Of a stretch of 64,000 nt of DNA, positions 1-9,565 are shown piece by piece (position 1 is the first letter of the stretch; the number at the start of each line of letters is the position of its first letter). The translations under genes and the position numbers were made by a program. The notes below the pieces were generated by a model. That model worked only from the letters and a program-made list of their open reading frames with translations, was not told where the DNA came from and did not search any database. Source of the stretch: an uncultured Methanosarcinaceae archaeon (GTDB taxonomy: Archaea; Halobacteriota; Methanosarcinia; Methanosarcinales; Methanosarcinaceae); contig CAWJYV010000010.1 of NCBI GenBank assembly GCA_963847185.1, forward strand, positions 704,001 to 768,000, read 5' to 3'.

Positions 1-2265
1 AGTCTCCAGTTCCTCGTTGGTAGATTGCAGCTCCTCATTTACTGACTGCATCTCTTCGTTGGCAGATTTGAGTTCTTCATTGGAAGTCGCCAGTTCCTCA
101 TTGGAAGCTTTGAGACTTTCTTCTTTGGCCTGCAATTCCTGCTTCAACTTCAAGATTTGCACATCAACTCCCATTTCACTTTTGCAGGGGTTTTCACCGG
201 CATCTATAGCAGCGGTCCTCCCGGTTTCGATTTTCTTTGACTCCGTCAGTTCCTCAAAGGTGACCAGGAATAAGTTTGGCCAGGCAACTTCATGACCTGA
301 TTCCGCAGGTCGTACCGCCAGATTAACTATAGTGAAACCGCCATTGGTTTTGACCCGCACCCTGGGATAGAACACCGACTCTTTATTTACGGCGGCTCTG
401 TGCAGGGCCGTGGTTAACTCAGACCTCAATCCTTCTCTAGCCATGTTAAGGATGTTCAGACCAGCTTCACCCTGAGCCAGCTCTAAGTACAGGCTGGTAT
501 GGCCATGAACATAGAGGATATCGCCATGTTCGTCGACCAGAACACTGACAGGGGCATAATAATTCATTACTGCTCTCTCGGTCAGCTCGCGCAGTTGAGG
601 TCTGATTTCAGCAGGAGCGTTGCTGGAAGGTGATGAGGCCACGCTTTTCAGTTGTTGTAGGGGAAATTTCGCTATGGAAAGGAAATATTCACTGCCAACG
701 CCCTCTTTTCTTACATATAATTTTGACTTGCGATCCAGCGTATCAAAAAGATTCGTGAAATCTCCTATGGATTCGGAGGGGCCAAGAAAAAGAAATCCCC
801 CAGAATTCAATGCATAATGGAAGAGGGGAATTAGCTTCTTTTGCAGTTCCCTGTCCATATAGATCAGTAAGTTTCGACAACTGAGCAGGTCAAGTTTAGA
901 AAACGGTGGATCCTTGATAATGTCCTGCTCGGAAAAAATAACCATTTCACGGATACTGTGCTGAATAAGGTAATTGCTATCTGAATCCGGGGTGAAGAAA
1001 CGTTTAAGCCTCTTTGGAGAGATATCACTGGAAATACTGACTGGATAGAGGCCGCTACGGGCCTTTTCGATGGCTCGACTGTCAATATCAGTGGCGAAAA
1101 TCTGTACCTTAAAAGTTTGATTCAACTTTTCCATCTGCTCCTGTATCAGAATGGCTATGGAATATGCCTCCTCACCTGTAGAACAGCCGGGTACCCAGAC
1201 GCGTATTACTGAGTTAGGGTGCCTGCCGACAAAGAGGCGTGGGATAACTTTCTCCTGGAACGCTTCAAAAGTCTCAGGATTACGGAAGAAACTGGTGACG
1301 CCGATTAAGAAGTCACGAAAGAGAGATTCCACTTCAGCAGGCTTTTTCTCTAAATAACGAACATATTCATCTACATTTTCGATATTCTGGACGGCCATAC
1401 GCCGCTCGATGCGCCGGTTGATGGTATTTTGCTTGTAATGGGAGAAGTCATGACCGGTCTTGATGTATAGCAGATTGAATATCTGTTTCATTGAATCTTT
1501 TGCCCTGAGAGCTTCATGGGGCCTTTTTCCAAAAGCCTTGGCAACATAAGAAATAAGCTGAGCTGGCATTTCTTCCGGCTTCAGGACGTAATCTACCAGA
1601 CCTGTGGCAATGGCACTGAGCGGCATATTGTTGTACTCGCTGGACTCAGGAGCCTGTGCTATCACCATTCCTCCCTCAGCCTTGATCACCCGCAATCCTT
1701 CCGTGCCATCGCTGCCAGTACCCGAGAGCACAATACCGATAGATCTCTCTTGCTTTTCCTGAGCTAAGGAACGAAAGAACAAATCAATCGGCAGACGTTG
1801 GCCGCGCGGCTCAGCAGGCTTCGTCAATTGTAATGCTCCATCCTGCAGAACCATACTGCGATTAGGCGGGATGATGTAGACGCAGTCAGGCTTAACAGCC
1901 ATCTCGTCCGTGACTTCGTAAACCGGCATCTGCGTATAGCGCTCGATCAGTTCAGTAAGGATGCTCTTATGGTTTGGGTCTAAGTGTTGTATCAGGACAA
2001 AAGCTATTCCAGTCTTAGAATTGGCGGGTATGGCTGAAAAAAAAGCTTCGAATGCCGCTAGGCCACCAGCCGATGCACCGATGCCCACGATGGGAAAGTC
2101 CTCTTTTGGAAACTCATCAGAGGCTGCATCCAGAGGAGGATTTTCTTTATTAAAAGAGGTTTCCTCTAAAGAACGTGGCTGTTCTTCTTCTGACATTTGT
2201 GTTTTCCCTTTTCCTGTATTTTCCTTTTTCTGGATAATATTATCGCATCCTTTAAAACCCGTCAT
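1..2265 (-). CDS. CheB methylesterase-CheR methyltransferase-PAS-like/coiled-coil fusion protein (3' end runs off the window; start 2265 or 2196)
   Basis: Manual minus-strand translation: FPIVGIGASAGG and VLSGTGSDG (CheB), VTSFFRN / RVWVPGCSTGEEAYSIA / SCRNLLIY (CheR), then the NEELQSTNEELET coiled coil at the left edge. Missing from the ORF track because there is no stop in the window. Confidence 0.9.
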   Translation of the reverse strand, partial: MTGFKGCDNIIQKKENTGKGKTQMSEEEQPRSLEETSFNKENPPLDAASDEFPKEDFPIVGIGASAGGLAAFEAFFSAIPANSKTGIAFVLIQHLDPNHKSILTELIERYTQMPVYEVTDEMAVKPDCVYIIPPNRSMVLQDGALQLTKPAEPRGQRLPIDLFFRSLAQEKQERSIGIVLSGTGSDGTEGLRVIKAEGGMVIAQAPESSEYNNMPLSAIATGLVDYVLKPEEMPAQLISYVAKAFGKRPHEALRAKDSMKQIFNLLYIKTGHDFSHYKQNTINRRIERRMAVQNIENVDEYVRYLEKKPAEVESLFRDFLIGVTSFFRNPETFEAFQEKVIPRLFVGRHPNSVIRVWVPGCSTGEEAYSIAILIQEQMEKLNQTFKVQIFATDIDSRAIEKARSGLYPVSISSDISPKRLKRFFTPDSDSNYLIQHSIREMVIFSEQDIIKDPPFSKLDLLSCRNLLIYMDRELQKKLIPLFHYALNSGGFLFLGPSESIGDFTNLFDTLDRKSKLYVRKEGVGSEYFLSIAKFPLQQLKSVASSPSSNAPAEIRPQLRELTERAVMNYYAPVSVLVDEHGDILYVHGHTSLYLELAQGEAGLNILNMAREGLRSELTTALHRAAVNKESVFYPRVRVKTNGGFTIVNLAVRPAESGHEVAWPNLFLVTFEELTESKKIETGRTAAIDAGENPCKSEMGVDVQILKLKQELQAKEESLKASNEELATSNEELKSANEEMQSVNEELQSTNEELET

Positions 2266-2619
2266 AACCTCTTGTGAGAGCCTTATTGAGCTTTTCAATC
2301 TAGCCGTTTAAGGCTTTTTCCGAGTCAAAAATACCCTCTTTTAAAAACCAATCAGCATACGAAATAAACTCTATTTGCTTCTTTTCCAGGTAAGCGTCAA
2401 AAGAAGGAATAGCTTTTCTCAATGCGTTTTTCGCCTTCTCTACTTCAAAGGGCTGTGACGTTGACCACACACAGAATTCATTATTCTCCAGACCTGCTCT
2501 GAAGTATGGGACAATTATGTCCGCTAAGTATTATTTTGTCTGGTAGAATGGCAGAAATGTGTTTCCCAGGGCATATCTCCAATAATCTCAGTTCCAGAGA
2601 TTCTACTATTGTCTCTCAT
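2255..2619 (-). pseudogene. Decayed MEDS sensory-domain gene directly upstream of the cheB-cheR fusion
   Basis: MRDNSRISGTEIIGDMPWETHFC/FYQTK*YLADIIVPYFRAGLENNEFCVW...DWFLKEGIFD...G*IEKLNKALTRGYDG aligns with the N-terminus of the 30125 protein; one frameshift, a TAA, and a TAG at 2300-2302. Confidence 0.8.
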
Positions 2620-2760
2620 CTCTCTCCGAAATAGGATTCGAAGTCAAAAGAGTGTTACGTTAGTGTTTTCACTTTACATATAACTGAAATTTCTTTTTAT
2701 TTAGCTTTTTATGTATGCATTTTATCTTACTTAATGAGATTTGTAAAAGTAATTATTATA

Positions 2761-2889
2761 GAGCTCATCTCAAAACCAATTTTATTCTCAAATCAGAAAG
2801 TTTTAGAATCATTTTTCACGATCAGAAACTAGATTGATTATTTAGAATAAGGGACTTAGAAAAGCAAGTTTGAGTTTTGGGATCAGTTC
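2761..2889. mobile_element. MITE-like element (~129 bp)
   Basis: Imperfect terminal inverted repeats GAGCTCATCTCAAAAC ... GTTTTGGGATCAGTTC and no ORF; related ends at 3827 and 6566/6669. Confidence 0.6.
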
Positions 2890-3163
2890 ATAATTAAAAA
2901 CCCATATAAAATACCTTATGACAAAAACACCGTAAGTACCTATATATTTGATTATTGACAGGGGTCAGAAATTGAATTTCTTATATATCTGATAGCTTTT
3001 GTCAAAGAATAGTTGGTAAGAATAGGTTTAATTATTGCAAAAAATTTCTGGACTTGTAAGCAAGTAGTAAGAATTGGTAGTCTCAACAGACATATATCAA
3101 ACACAAAAATTGAAAAAAGGTAAAAAGCAGATAGTATTTATAGAGCTCTCGATTCCCTCTCTA

Positions 3164-3364
3164 TTATAACGGAGCTACGCTGAGTATATCCCATCCGTAA
3201 TGTTTGATGTAGATATTGAAAAATTTCTCTGCTGAAAGCTTACTTCCACTGGAAAGAGAGTGAATGCTGTTCCACTGCTCACAGAGCTTCCAGCACGTCT
3301 CTTTTTCAGAATCCGTAAGATCGTTGTAACTCATATTTCTTAGACGGTTTGACTTGTATCTCAA
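3164..3364 (-). CDS. Small hypothetical protein (66 aa)
   Basis: ORF track; plausible composition, no recognisable family. Confidence 0.35.
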   Translation of the reverse strand: MRYKSNRLRNMSYNDLTDSEKETCWKLCEQWNSIHSLSSGSKLSAEKFFNIYIKHYGWDILSVAPL

Positions 3365-3559
3365 TTAGATATTCTCCTGATTTTTATTCCAGTCTCAATA
3401 TATCCAGGAACGGTATTGACTAAGGTTGTCTGTTCCAATGCATAGTGAAGCCGATACGTAGAGTCTAAAGGCATACTTAAGAAGGCATACTTAAGGTAAT
3501 TTGGTGGAAAACATAAGGAAAAAGAGTATTTACTAACAGAATCTCCACCGTAAGTATGT

Positions 3560-3716
3560 AAGAAGAAGCCCAAGACCACTGCATCCTTTCACTGTATCCC
3601 CCAACACAGTCTCTTCGACTATTATGCTCCCCCAAGCATTTAGTTCGAAGAAGGTTCAGTGATCCCAGGCGATTCTTTATTTGATAGATGATACCCCAAT
3701 TCTACTTCCCAACTCC
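3560..3716 (-). ncRNA. Structured sRNA candidate, copy A (three UGGGG(G)-loop hairpins)
   Basis: Paralog of 29159-29317; TATA TTTTAAATA (3747-3739) 23 nt upstream; closing stem GCCTGGGATCAC/GTGGTCTTGGGC followed by TTCTTCTT. Confidence 0.75.
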
Positions 3717-3738
3717 AGGATATACTAATAAGATAAAA

Positions 3739-3747
3739 TATTTAAAA
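3739..3747 (-). promoter_or_regulatory. Archaeal TATA box of sRNA copy A
   Basis: TTTTAAATA at the same 23-nt spacing to GGAGTTGGG as in copy B; flanking sequence is also conserved between the copies. Confidence 0.6.
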
Positions 3748-4066
3748 TAAATTATATCAAAAATTGTTTTTAAGCAAAAAATAGTTGTAGTCATTTTATT
3801 TTAATGCAATTAAAATTTTTAAAATTGAGCCTATCTCAAAACTCAAGATCGCTTGAAAGGCTCCTTGACGAATTGTACAATTTCGCAGGTTTATTTATGG
3901 GAGTAGATGTGTCCTTATAGCTCAGGAATTTGGAGCTAATAACATCAGGCTTGTATTTTTTGTATTAAATATCCCGATGGTAACCTGATCAAGAAAAAAA
4001 GATTAAAGAGAAAAAATAAATTTATGCAGATTCAAGCCTTTTTAAGGTTAAATAATAAAAAATAAA

Positions 4067-5596
4067 GTAACTATTCAGGGTATATTTAACGGCGCTCCCC
4101 TGAGCGCCGCTATAATACTCTCTAAAACAGGCAACCCATTCTTCCTGATTGTAGAAATGTACGCTCTATTTCTGCAGAAAGCTTGCGCTCCCTGTGCTGT
4201 TCTGAAAGTTCCTGATATTTTCTGCTGTAGTTTCATCATCCTGATATCTCTTTCTGCTTGATTGTTCTCAAACGGAACTTTCAAATCTGTCAGGAATCTC
4301 ATGATCTTTTCTTTGTGTTCTATAAACCTATCCAGCAGATTCCTTGCTTTGGTTTTTGGATTCTTTCCACGTTTTCCTTTCTTTTCAGGATTTAGAAACT
4401 GTGGATTTTCTTCAATTCCTTTCATGATAATAGCATCGAACCTTTCTTCTAATGATTTAATTTGCTCAAAATCCAGTTCTTTGACTTGCTCTTTGCATTC
4501 GTCAGTATACTTTTTCATCTCAGTGAACAATTCATTCATTCCTTTAGTCCACTGCTGTTTATAGTTCTCTTCAATTCCAGTAAGTTCTCTCTGTAAATGA
4601 GCATTACAGAGAGCATGATCACAGTCATAAATGTTGTAAGGTTTCCATCCGTCGTGAACTGCTACTCCCTCAAACTCAGGAAGAATACCCATAGCATTTA
4701 TTGCCTCTGATCCTCTTTTTGAGTGAGGAAAATAACAGGTGTATTTATCATTAGAAGCTACATGAAGCCAGTGTCTTTTTCCTTCGATCTTCATACCAGT
4801 TTCATCAAAATGAACAACAGGAGAATTCATTAATTTCTTTCGAATAATGTTTTCAAAACACTCTAAATTCTGGGAACATTTTTTTTCTGCTCTAATTATC
4901 GTAGCAGGACAGATTTTTATTCCCATAATATCTTCAAAAAACTCAGAAATTCGTTCATAGGGGATAAAATGATGATTTTTACAGTAAACAGCTGAAGCTA
5001 AAATATTTAGACCATACTGAACTGGATATTTTACTGATTCAGGAAAAACAGCTTTATTTATTTTTCCACAGTAAGGACAGGTCTTAATCTGACTTTTGTG
5101 TTCTGTAACAATCAGATTCACAGGAGGAATATCAAAGACCTGTCTTTTCTTATAAGCTTCAACTTCAACATTCTCAAGAGTATGGCCACATTCTTTGCAG
5201 CAACTCAAAGAAAGTTCTATTACCTAATCAGGATCATCAACCATTTCAAGAGTTGTTCCTAGATGACCCTCTTGACCTCCAGGTTTCTTACCGCTCTTTT
5301 TACGGAGACTCTTGGGATTAGGTTTCTCCTTGACAAATAAATCAGTAGAAGGAGGTCTACTACTGTTTCTGCTATTTTGATTTAAGCGAGATTCTAAGGC
5401 TATTAATCTTTCAGTGAGTTCTTTTATTTGAGATTCTAAGCTCTCAGTGTAAGTTACAATAAATTCAGGATTTGAAGTACACAGTGATAGAATCTCTTCA
5501 CGCTTCATAATACAAAATAAGAAGTCATTTTAGATCCAATTTTTCCTCGGAAAGAGGAAAAATTGTGGAACCTTAAAAAGACTCCTGAATAGTTAC
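4067..5596 (-). mobile_element. IS66-family insertion sequence (ISBst12-like single-ORF type), 1530 bp
   Basis: Terminal inverted repeats GTAACTATTCAGG (4067) / CCTGAATAGTTAC (to 5596); 8-bp target duplication AAAATAAA at 4059-4066 and 5597-5604. Confidence 0.93.
4075..5508 (-). CDS. IS66 TnpC transposase with a single in-frame TAG at 5224-5226
   Basis: The two listed ORFs (5224-5508 and 4075-5208) share a frame: EMVDDPD*VIELSLSCCKECGH. Motifs NSRNSSRPPS, CxxC zinc finger, HFDETG, HDGW, CNAHLQRE, NNQAERDIR. Confidence 0.88.
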
Positions 5597-6265
5597 AAAA
5601 TAAATTGATAATAGTTAATTAATTGTCAGATGATCACACTTTTATTCTGTTACCCAATTTAAAAGCTTGTCCTGTTTTATATTCACCCTTTATAAGTATA
5701 TTTTGATTTTGAAAAGAAAGGGCTAGAGTGGTGAAGCTCAAAAATGAAAGAAGTTATTCAATTTTTTTAACTAAATAAAATCATCTTAAGGCTTCAAAGT
5801 TAATTTAATTGGAAATAAGAGCTTACATATATTATCTAGATTATTTTTTTGGTTAAATAGTTAATTCCAGATTATTATTCATGATTTTAGTGCGATATTT
5901 TAAAAATCATAATTTGAAATTAAATAAAAGACTGAGCTTACTGTCTTAGCATCTGGTTTACTCAATTTTTCAAAAACTATTAATATTCAGAAGAAGTTAT
6001 TCTAGCGAATTTATATAATTCGTATTTATATTTCTAATTGTACTTACTGGCAATTGAAGTTAAACTGTTCTTCTCTAAATGAAAGCGTAACAAAGAAAGT
6101 AGCTTCTTAACACAACTGCCAGGAGTAAATTTAGGCTTGGGGAGATAATAAAACAATTAGGTTAGAATATTGAATTATGATCTTAGAAAGATCACTCTCC
6201 ACATGCAAAATGAGTATTAAATACTACGAATTACAGGCTATATTTAAACTATGGAGGTAAATATA

Positions 6266-6412
6266 ATGGTATGGAATTATGGTTGGAGAGATTGGGATAG
6301 GCGTAGAGGCTGGGGCTGGGCCGGATGTGGCGGCTGGGGCTGCGACGGCTGGGGCGGTCGTAGAGGTAGGTTCTGGCGTCATCGTGTAAACCGCTGGTGG
6401 GACTGGGACTGA
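6266..6412 (+). CDS. 48-aa Trp/Arg/Gly-rich small protein
   Basis: GGAGGT Shine-Dalgarno at 6253-6258; MVWNYGWRDWDRRRGWGWAGCGGWGCDGWGGRRGRFWRHRVNRWWDWD*; GC-rich island in AT-rich DNA; below the ORF track cutoff. Confidence 0.7.
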   Translation: MVWNYGWRDWDRRRGWGWAGCGGWGCDGWGGRRGRFWRHRVNRWWDWD

Positions 6413-6565
6413 GACTGTAAATAACCGTTGAACCTGTAGAATTAATTGGTATTAAAGGAAAAACATTGCAGTCATCTTTTCAATACATCGAAAAAGTCTG
6501 ACGATTGTCTTGAATCGATGGCTATTCATTTCCTATATTTTACCACTACTTCTCTTTTTTACAAT

Positions 6566-6669
6566 GGGCCTATCCCAAAACTTCATGTAATCTAATTATT
6601 GCTGCTAACATTACAATTCCCAAAAAGTAAATTTATAATTTAAATATAATATTATTTTTGAGATAGCTC
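6566..6669. mobile_element. MITE-like remnant (~104 bp)
   Basis: Ends GGGCCTATCCCAAAA ... TTTTGAGATAGCTC, same inverted-repeat family as 2761 and 3827. Confidence 0.45.
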
Positions 6670-6935
6670 AATATAATTTTTCAATTATATTGAAATTTCA
6701 AATTAGGCCAAATCTTTCATATCGGTTATAATATATATGGCCTTGTTAATATAAATTCACAGAAGATTAAGAGTAGTAGGGTTTCCTCTTAATCTATGGT
6801 TGGATCTCAGGCAGGGTTTGAGAATAGGGACTCAAAACTCTACCATTTACTTCAACTAAGCTTTTGAATCATTGGAAAATGTTGAAAGAATTGATTGTGG
6901 AAAATAAAGAAAGATGATACTGGGAAGTTACTAAC

Positions 6936-7046
6936 ATGAAAGAAGAGGTATATCTTACGTTTGATGATCATGAGGATTTCCGAAGGTCTCTTGAAGAAGT
7001 ACTGCAAGATAGAAAGGAATCACCTACAATGCCTACAAAAACTTGA
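6936..7046 (+). CDS. Possible 36-aa small protein
   Basis: MKEEVYLTFDDHEDFRRSLEEVLQDRKESPTMPTKT*; downstream of a TATA-like box (~6730) and two hairpins; no strong RBS. Confidence 0.3.
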   Translation: MKEEVYLTFDDHEDFRRSLEEVLQDRKESPTMPTKT

Positions 7047-7656
7047 AATTCTTGCAAAAACTTGAATTATGTTTTTCTGGCGGATGGCGTGAGCCTGCAG
7101 TTGTTTCAATTTCTCAGAGATCTCGGTTTGCGTTTTATTGCTTCTATAATATTCTTATTCAAGTCATAGACAAATCGGATCTTATCACAAAGATGACCAG
7201 AATAAGAAAATAGGTTGATGAAATAATAAGATCAGGTAACTAAATTGTAAAAAATATAATACCGTTTCATTTCTACTGAAGAGTTCCTACAGTGCTGGAT
7301 TTACAAAAAAGATATATTTCGAGTCAAGACTTTACTGAAGTAACTGATAAAAAGAGAAGAAGATAGTGTCCGACGATACCCGACAGGGCACAACTCTTTC
7401 TATTCATTTGTAAAAATTCACAGCCTGGCATAAAAGCAAAAGAGACCATTATCAAATAAGAATAACACCAATCTTTTACCATATGCCTTGTTTCATCGAT
7501 TGCCGTTACTCCTTCTAAAAACCAATATTGCGATGATTCATCCATCTGCAAGTCATTCTTTATCTTGAAACTTTGCTGTTTTATGCTCGCTTCTGATGGT
7601 TCTTCTATTGCCTCTTCATTTGATGCTCCGCCAGTTACTAATTTAGATGATTCCGT

Positions 7657-8619
7657 TTATACATCATTTTGAGTCTCGCCCTGCTCGAAAAAAAGACATC
7701 CCAGGTTAGACACATCTGCTCCATGATTGATTTCCTTGAGTGTGTAATTTCCAAATCTGTCACCAGTCTTGAATGTCCCAGCATTTGCATAGTCAATAAG
7801 CCAGAGACCATCTATCTGAGCAATGTCATCGGCTGCAACGAAGTAGATCTGGTTTATGTGAACTCTGAAAACAATAGTATCATCTTCTCCCTGTATGTTA
7901 TCGAGTTCAATTTTCCATGTGCTGCCACTACTATTAGAAGCAGAAATGATTTCGTCGTCGACATATTTTCCATTATGCCTGAATTCGAGCCAGACCTTCT
8001 GATCGTCGACATTTACCTGCCTGGCTTTGAGAGTGTAGCCTCCACCGAGGTCAAGAGTCTCGTCGGTTCTAATAGTATAGTTGTCGCAGTTATTAAGAAC
8101 TAATTTGGCAAGCTTGTTTACGTGGTTATTCCAGATCTTTTCACTATTCTCAAGCAAAGGAACATAGATCTCGCCAAATAATTCAATTGCCGGATACTGC
8201 TCATTAGACCAACTGCTACATCTATAATAGCCTCTGTCAACGTTAGAAGTGTAGAGTTTGCGCTCTAAAATAGTCGCTGTCTGTGTTCCTATTGATTCAG
8301 AAGATGCCGCAATTGCCTCATTGCCACTACCTGCTGCTGGGGTTACATGCGGTACTGCGGCGAATGCTGCTACTATTGAACAAAAAACAACAAAAAATTT
8401 TACACTTGTAGACAGTGAAAAATTTAGTCTTTTTTCCACATAGTCTATTGTTTGCTTCATTGTTACAATTGCTGCTAAAATAAAAAAAAGTCCAGAGATA
8501 TAATTTGTTACCAAAATTTCAGCTACACCAAAGAGTAAACAAATAGCTCCAATAACATAACGATCAATGATATTCAATGTAATTTTCCTCTGTTTCTTCA
8601 TTGTTCCATCCACATACAA
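7657..8619 (-). CDS. Membrane-anchored Methanosarcinales S-layer domain (DUF1608) protein
   Basis: N-terminal TM helices, then YPAIELFGEIYVPL...KLAKLVL...LDLGGGYTLKARQVNVDDQKVWLEF...VDDEII...QIDGLWLID, typical of the S-layer duplication domain. Confidence 0.8.
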   Translation of the reverse strand: MYVDGTMKKQRKITLNIIDRYVIGAICLLFGVAEILVTNYISGLFFILAAIVTMKQTIDYVEKRLNFSLSTSVKFFVVFCSIVAAFAAVPHVTPAAGSGNEAIAASSESIGTQTATILERKLYTSNVDRGYYRCSSWSNEQYPAIELFGEIYVPLLENSEKIWNNHVNKLAKLVLNNCDNYTIRTDETLDLGGGYTLKARQVNVDDQKVWLEFRHNGKYVDDEIISASNSSGSTWKIELDNIQGEDDTIVFRVHINQIYFVAADDIAQIDGLWLIDYANAGTFKTGDRFGNYTLKEINHGADVSNLGCLFFEQGETQNDV

Positions 8620-8998
8620 CCCTCAATAAAAAATATATTTTTTCTTTTTATTACCAAGATTGTACATATATATTAATCGCTCGAATTTCGCATTAGTAAT
8701 TTTAAACTCAAAAAAGATGTATTCGACTAAAAATAGTCAGGCAATTGGATTCTGGCACCAGGGAATAATGGGAGTAAAGCTACGAATGATCTTGTTTTAT
8801 ACTCGAAAGTCCCCAAACTGTCTTCAGAATTATTCTTTAAATTCATTGAAAATTAACAAGATAGCTATCTTGCATTTATATCTGCCAGCATTCATTCAAA
8901 CATGTTTACAGTTGCCTTTTTTTGATTAGATAACGATTCTAATATATATTGGCAAACTATACTATTTATCGCACAAGATGTGCTCAGTTCAATTTCGT

Positions 8999-9052
8999 AA
9001 ACCCAAACCCAAACCCAAACCCAAACCCAAAACCCAACACAAACTCAAACCC
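8999..9052. repeat. (AAACCC)n hexamer microsatellite, degenerating to the right
   Basis: About five perfect units plus variants, seen directly. Confidence 0.85.
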
Positions 9053-9145
9053 AGGCATACCCCCTTGCCTGGGTTAAATTAAACTTTATATAGAATCTTG
9101 AATCATAGACCCTTTGAGATTTCTGCATTCTTTTTTGGGACTTTT

Positions 9146-9565
9146 CAACTTCCTTTAGAGAAGTGAGCTTTTTTGAACCGGAGCAACGTAATTATCATCT
9201 TAAATGGAGCTTTTCCCGAACGCAGTGAGGCTATACCTTAAAGAATAAATTAAAAAAGCAATTTAAGTGTTCTATTTCCAAAAAAATGAAAAATTCGTTG
9301 GATTTTTCTTTCAAAAAGCCCTTTATTTTGCTTTTTCGCTTTTTCGGGCTGTCCCAAGCATTCACTCGGTGAAAACAAGGTTTTAAATGCCGACTAGTGT
9401 TTTTTGGGCAAGATCCATAACTTTATTTTTATTTTTGGGGGCAGCTCCATTAAATATTCCTCTAACAATCGTTTCCATAAGGTTCTCGCTCTCTTCCCTC
9501 CTTTTTCTTAGTTTTAATTCGAGTTCATCAGACAACCTCTGAGTTGCTCAACTTTTTCAGCGATG
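9146..9565. repeat. ~420-bp direct repeat, copy 1 (ends in an hsdS 3' remnant)
   Basis: Colinear with 10495-10915, from CAACTTCCTTTAGAGAAGTGAGC to CTCAACTTTTTCA.CGATG, with scattered substitutions. Confidence 0.9.

Noticed and set aside
2300-2302. Pyrrolysine codon in the MEDS remnant
   Set aside because: The gene also has a frameshift and a TAA, so this TAG is probably ordinary decay.
17-2311. Several plus-strand ORFs
   Set aside because: Antisense to the cheB-cheR fusion.
3361-3579. 72-aa ORF
   Set aside because: Starts inside the sRNA closing stem, has no RBS or family signal, and has no counterpart at copy B.
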